Below, in pieces: positions 60,046 to 64,000 of a stretch of DNA of 64,000 nt. The position numbers and the translations under genes were made by a program. Under the pieces are notes generated by a model that was not told where the DNA came from, did not search any database, and saw only the letters and a list, made by a program, of their open reading frames with translations. The stretch is from assembly GCA_038885615.1 (NCBI GenBank), contig JAVZZP010000001.1, forward strand, positions 8,876-72,875. Direction: 5' to 3'. The stretch comes from Candidatus Pacearchaeota archaeon. GTDB taxonomy: Archaea; Nanobdellota; Nanobdellia; Pacearchaeales; GW2011-AR1. Positions within the stretch are counted from its first letter, which is position 1; the number at the start of each line of letters is the position of its first letter.

Positions 60046-61884
60046 TTACCATCTTAACAAAATAACTAAAACTATTAATAAAATCAAAAGAATTATTGCA
60101 ATAAAAAGTATCAAATTAATGTTATTATAAGAAAAAGCCATTTTTTCTTCTTTCTGTCCTAAAAATATTTTATCATCGAATTTTTCTATTGTGTATGAAA
60201 TTTTATTTGTTCCATTCTCAAAATCCTCTATATTTTCCATTCTTCTTTTAGATGATCTAGAAGAAGCTGTTTTTTTATTCTCATCTTTTTTGCTTTCTGG
60301 CTCTTCAACAAAAAAACTTACATTTTTATAAACTAGATTTGTTCCATTAGTTGCCCAAGCATGAAGGACTATTTGACCGGATGAAAAATTGACAAAAATA
60401 GGCCCAAAATAACTAACATTAGTTCCGTTCCAATTATACCAAAAAGAATTTCCATTTGAAGATAAATTTACTAAAATTAGAGAATTGCTATATGTTTTAT
60501 TCTCGGGGCTTATTATCCTTAAGTATAGCTCCCCCATATTTTGATCGGAAGAAGCATTAACAAAGAAAAAAACAGAACTACAAGAACTTCCATTGATATT
60601 TATTCCACAAAAAGTTAGATTATAATAGTTATTAGATAGACTTAAGTTGCCTAATACATTTCTTGAGTTATTTAATAAATAAACAATGGTTCCATTTAAG
60701 TACAATGTCCAATTAACTACTTGGTTTGAGCTTCCATTAAAAAGAACAATATTGCTGTTTATTATAGAATTATTTATTGGCTGAAAAATATTTATTATTG
60801 GAATATTTATCTGTCCGCCACAAGAAAAATCTTCTATTATCCTGTATTCGTAATGGGTTTTATTTTGGAAACATCCCAAATTATTTGAGTCATATTCTAT
60901 TCTATATTTTGATTGATTTCTATGGGTTGAATTTATGCATTGAAGACTTTGCCAGTCACTCCAAAGACTAAACACAATATTGGCTTTAATTGTTCGATAT
61001 TCATAAAATATTTGAGAGGGTGCACAATTAAATAAATCATATTGAGTTAGATTTCTAACTTGTAAAAGATTTGCTCCAGAGCAGCCAATATCTTCCCAAG
61101 AACTCCAAGAGGTATTGACATAACTAGGACCAACTAACCTATATTCATAATATGTCTTATTTTGAAATGTGCCACAATTATTTTTATCATATTCTACTCT
61201 TTCCCTTCTTTCTTGTGTTTGATTCCCAACACAAGATATTTTCTGCCAATCAGACCAAGAAGTATTAACTAAAAAAGGGATACAGTAAGGTTGGCAGTTG
61301 CTAACTGCTGGTTGGCCATTTTCACAATAAACTAGCCCTGCTTCATTTGGAATACAAGAAGTTATTCTAAACTGAACAGAATCAAATGAATTTCCAGTAC
61401 CTTTAATCCAAACTTTTGAATTTTTACCTCCAAAAAAAGATCGTGAAAAAACACATACTTTATATCCCCCACCTAAATCTGCCCCGTTCCTTCCGTTTGA
61501 ACCGAAGCTATCAGAAATTCCAGCTTGAAAAGTTTCTCCGTCTTCAGGTCCATTATTGTCAAAATAATTTTTTATTAAAAGATAATAAACTCCATTTGAT
61601 AAAGGAAAATTTCTTCCTATCGATGCTCCACCCCAATGAAGACAACCAAAAGGCCCTAAATATTCTCCGCAGATTATCCCATAACTATGATCAGGAATTG
61701 TTTGAAACCAATCGACACCAAGAAGAGAATTAGAACAAGAAGAACGTTTGCCACCACAAACAATGTGATTATTATTTGTTCTCCAATTCTGCCAACCAGA
61801 ATCATAAGAAGAAACAAAACTAAAAAAGTTACTCAATAAAAAAATCAAAACAAAAGAAAATATCACTCCTTTTTTTAACTCCAT
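60046..61884 (-). CDS. Secreted surface protein: N-terminal Cys-containing domain, three WSxW (TSP1-like) repeats, sequon-rich region, C-terminal TM anchor
   Basis: Signal peptide MELKKGVIFSFVLIFLLSNFFSFVSS. Repeats at residues ~205-350. C-terminus INLILFIAIILLILLIVLVILLRW. Confidence 0.65.
   Translation of the reverse strand: MELKKGVIFSFVLIFLLSNFFSFVSSYDSGWQNWRTNNNHIVCGGKRSSCSNSLLGVDWFQTIPDHSYGIICGEYLGPFGCLHWGGASIGRNFPLSNGVYYLLIKNYFDNNGPEDGETFQAGISDSFGSNGRNGADLGGGYKVCVFSRSFFGGKNSKVWIKGTGNSFDSVQFRITSCIPNEAGLVYCENGQPAVSNCQPYCIPFLVNTSWSDWQKISCVGNQTQERRERVEYDKNNCGTFQNKTYYEYRLVGPSYVNTSWSSWEDIGCSGANLLQVRNLTQYDLFNCAPSQIFYEYRTIKANIVFSLWSDWQSLQCINSTHRNQSKYRIEYDSNNLGCFQNKTHYEYRIIEDFSCGGQINIPIINIFQPINNSIINSNIVLFNGSSNQVVNWTLYLNGTIVYLLNNSRNVLGNLSLSNNYYNLTFCGININGSSCSSVFFFVNASSDQNMGELYLRIISPENKTYSNSLILVNLSSNGNSFWYNWNGTNVSYFGPIFVNFSSGQIVLHAWATNGTNLVYKNVSFFVEEPESKKDENKKTASSRSSKRRMENIEDFENGTNKISYTIEKFDDKIFLGQKEEKMAFSYNNINLILFIAIILLILLIVLVILLRW
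60835..61272 (-). repeat. Three tandem ~48-aa protein repeats (WSxW...C...R.R/Y.YD.NNC...YEYR)
   Basis: NTSWSDWQKISCVGNQTQERRERVEYDKNNCGTFQNKTYYEYR / NTSWSSWEDIGCSGANLLQVRNLTQYDLFNCAPSQIFYEYR / FSLWSDWQSLQCINSTHRNQSKYRIEYDSNNLGCFQNKTHYEYR. Confidence 0.7.
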
Positions 61885-61967
61885 TTTCTTATAAATAAGA
61901 ATAGCTTTTTAAATCTTTCTGAGGCAATGAACAATAAGCTTAAAAAGAATGCTAAATTATTTTTATT

Positions 61968-62636
61968 ATGGCTCAAACAACAGCAAGAATAAGAAGAGGG
62001 AAAAACAATTTTGAGATTTTGGTTGAATTAGAAGAAGCCCTTAAAGTAAGGAAAGGAGAAGGGGATATTGCTAAAGCTGTTTTAACAAGCGATATTTTTT
62101 ATGATTTAAAAAAAGGAGAGCACGCAGCAAAAGACATTCTAGAGATAGAATTTGGAACTTCTGATTTTTATGAGATTTGCAAGAAGATAATTACAAATGG
62201 TGAGGTTGTTTTGCCCTCTGAATATTTAAAGCAAGAAACAGAACAAAAATACAAACAGATTGTTGATTTTTTAAGCAAAAACGCTGTTTCTCCGCAAGGG
62301 ATTCCTTATACCCCGGATAGAATAATGAAAGCATTGAAGGAAGCAAAAGTTTCTGTAAAAAACAAACCAATTGAAAGTCAAATTGGCGAGATAATTGAGA
62401 GTTTACAAAAAGTTTTGCCTATAAAAATTGAGATAAGAAAGGTCAAATTGACAATTCCTGCGATTCATGTTGGAAAGGCCTATGGTGTTATTAGTGAATT
62501 CAAACAAGATGAAGAATGGCTCTCTAATGGTGATCTTGTCGTAAAGGTTGCTGTACCTGCAGGACTTTTGCTTGATTTTTATGACAAACTCAACAAAGCA
62601 ACTCACGGGGCCTGTTTAAGCGAGGAGTTGAAATAG
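61968..62636 (+). CDS. sdo1: Ribosome maturation protein SBDS (Sdo1)
   Basis: ARIRRGKNNFEILVE...DIFYDLKKGEHAAKD...FGTSDFYEICKKIITNGEV. Confidence 0.9.
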   Translation: MAQTTARIRRGKNNFEILVELEEALKVRKGEGDIAKAVLTSDIFYDLKKGEHAAKDILEIEFGTSDFYEICKKIITNGEVVLPSEYLKQETEQKYKQIVDFLSKNAVSPQGIPYTPDRIMKALKEAKVSVKNKPIESQIGEIIESLQKVLPIKIEIRKVKLTIPAIHVGKAYGVISEFKQDEEWLSNGDLVVKVAVPAGLLLDFYDKLNKATHGACLSEELK

Positions 62637-62680
62637 AAAATTTTAATTAAACTTATAAACGCAAATATCCTTTTTTTTTG

Positions 62681-63163
62681 ATGGAAAAAAGAGGCCAACA
62701 GGAAATCGCGGGTTTTGTAATTATTGTTGTTTTAGTGATGGTTGCAGTTTTTATTTTTGTTATTATGTATTTTGCTAATAAAAAAGACAATTTGCAAAAC
62801 AAAGAAGTTGAAGTTCTCCTATTGAGCATGGTGAAAATCACAACAGATTGTTTTTTGGAAGAAGGAAAACCGGCTAACCTAAGAGAAGTTCTTATTAATG
62901 CTTATGGAGAAATCCCTAAAAAGTGCAAGGGCAATGAAAAAAACTCTCGAGAATACGCTGAGGAATACATCCCAAAAATTATGAAGGACATATTAGCTTT
63001 AGAAACAAACTTTGAGGTATATTCTCTTGAAATAATTGATGAAAAAAGTGGCACCATTGTTAAGAGTTTCTCAAACGGGGATTGCCAAAAAAAAGGCGTT
63101 ATAAGAAGTGCCGATTTAATAATAAAAAGCGAGGAACTTAGGGCTTTTCTAAAAATTTGCTAG
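62681..63163 (+). CDS. Pilin-like protein with class III signal peptide
   Basis: MEKRG/QQEIAGFVIIVVLVMVAVFIFVIMYF has a KRG-Q context. ATG at 62681. Confidence 0.5.
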   Translation: MEKRGQQEIAGFVIIVVLVMVAVFIFVIMYFANKKDNLQNKEVEVLLLSMVKITTDCFLEEGKPANLREVLINAYGEIPKKCKGNEKNSREYAEEYIPKIMKDILALETNFEVYSLEIIDEKSGTIVKSFSNGDCQKKGVIRSADLIIKSEELRAFLKIC

Positions 63164-63201
63164 CTAAAAAGATTTAAATAGCTTTTTTACCTTGAATTTT
63201 T

Positions 63202-63528
63202 ATGTTATTTAAAAAAAGAAAAAAAATAATCGACTTAACAGAACTACAGCGAAGAGGTATTATAAGGCCTCCAAAAAAAGAAAAAGAAATAAAAACAGAC
63301 AAACAAGGTTTTGTTGATTTATCACAAAATAGCACTAGCAGTGCATCTTCTTTTAGTGACCCTTTTTTATTTGCAGAAAACCCAACCACTCAAAATAACG
63401 ACGATTTTTACAAAAAAAGAGAAGTAGACAGAAAAATCGAAGAACTTGATAACAAAATTTATAAACTCGAACAAAGAATTGAACTTCTTGAAAGAAAAGT
63501 TGGCGTAGGAAATTATTCTTCTTATTAA
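63202..63528 (+). CDS. Hypothetical protein with a C-terminal coiled coil
   Basis: ORF track. EVDRKIEELDNKIYKLEQRIELLERKV. Confidence 0.4.
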   Translation: MLFKKRKKIIDLTELQRRGIIRPPKKEKEIKTDKQGFVDLSQNSTSSASSFSDPFLFAENPTTQNNDDFYKKREVDRKIEELDNKIYKLEQRIELLERKVGVGNYSSY

Positions 63529-63529
63529 A

Positions 63530-64000
63530 ATGGATTCTGAAAAAGAACTTAAGGAAAAAGCTAAAAAAATAAGTATTTATGAAGGAAGCGCGTATTCTTT
63601 CTCTGAAGGTTTTGGTTTAAGGAATGTTTCGCCATACGCTCTTTCACTAGGGGCGCAGAATTCAGCAATATCTTATCTAACCGCAATACCTTCTTTTTTA
63701 GGAAATCTCTCTCAATTTTTAAGCTATAAAATATTGAAGAAAACAACTAGGAAAAAAGCCGTTTCAATTCTTGTTTTTTTACAGGCCATATTCTGGCTTT
63801 TTTTAATCTTACCTGGCCTAATTTTTTTATATAACGAAAAGAAATCAGAAGAAGCGCTCTTAGTTTTGATATTTTTTTATACGCTGCTTATAGTTTTCGG
63901 TGCTATTTCTGGGCCGATTTGGTCTTCATGGATGAAAGACATAGTTGAAGAAAAAGAGCTTGGAAGATATTTCTCAAAAAGAAACAAGATTATATTAATT
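63530..64000 (+). CDS. MFS-type transporter, N-terminal part (continues beyond the window)
   Basis: Own translation from ATG at 63530: MDSEKELKEKAKKISIYEGSAYSFSEGFGLRNVSPYAL...AISGPIWSSWMKDIV..LGRYFSKRNK. TM-rich, with no stop before 64000. Confidence 0.55.
   Translation, partial: MDSEKELKEKAKKISIYEGSAYSFSEGFGLRNVSPYALSLGAQNSAISYLTAIPSFLGNLSQFLSYKILKKTTRKKAVSILVFLQAIFWLFLILPGLIFLYNEKKSEEALLVLIFFYTLLIVFGAISGPIWSSWMKDIVEEKELGRYFSKRNKIILI

Noticed and set aside
1-64000. Searched for CRISPR arrays, rRNA genes, IS elements, transposases and integrases.
   Set aside because: No regularly spaced direct repeats, rRNA-like conserved blocks, DDE/tyrosine-recombinase motifs or terminal inverted repeats were noticed by eye. 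Absence cannot be proven without a computational repeat search.

Overview
This is an AT-rich archaeal chromosomal segment, roughly 30% GC by eye. Gene content fits a small-genome DPANN-type archaeon (Pacearchaeota/Woesearchaeota-like).

Core genes recognised:
- Ribosome and translation: L11, L1, P0, P1, L37Ae, L40e, L44e, S3Ae, aIF1A, aIF5A, aIF5B, TyrRS, SBDS and NAC.
- Transcription and tRNA modification: Spt5, TFS, RpoP, Elp3 and Taw1.
- Secretion and folding: SecE, Sec61beta, signal peptidase I, prefoldin beta and an FKBP-type PPIase.
- Division, DNA topology and metabolism: FtsZ plus SepF, ScpA, bacterial-type gyrase B/A, Asd, Ndk and AMP phosphorylase.

I hand-called several features that are absent from the ORF track. 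These are 13 tRNA genes (one tRNA-Glu with a 95-nt intron in a canonical bulge-helix-bulge (BHB) splice motif, and one tRNA-Pro with an unusual AGG anticodon), an SRP RNA, and the small CDSs rpoP, secE, rpl40e and sec61beta.

Genes are tightly packed, with many ATGA-type overlaps. Most start codons lie 20-30 nt downstream of a TTTATAAA-type TATA box, which suggests leaderless mRNAs.

Accessory and unusual content:
- A minus-strand cluster of three class-III-signal (pilin-like) proteins around a 1045-aa Cys-rich secreted protein, with the SRP RNA gene embedded in it.
- A three-gene operon of unknown function that includes a split xylose-isomerase-like TIM barrel.
- An archaeosortase-like protein next to a surface protein with a C-terminal TM anchor.
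- A surface protein with three WSxW thrombospondin-like repeats.
- A translationally coupled DisA plus DHH phosphoesterase pair.
- Several decayed genes: a transglutaminase-like peptidase, a serpin, an AAA_14 ATPase, and an ORF with an in-frame TAA.
- GC-rich islands that look like structured leaders or ncRNA.

No CRISPR array, rRNA gene, transposase or integrase was seen. Hand-called coordinates may be off by a few nt.
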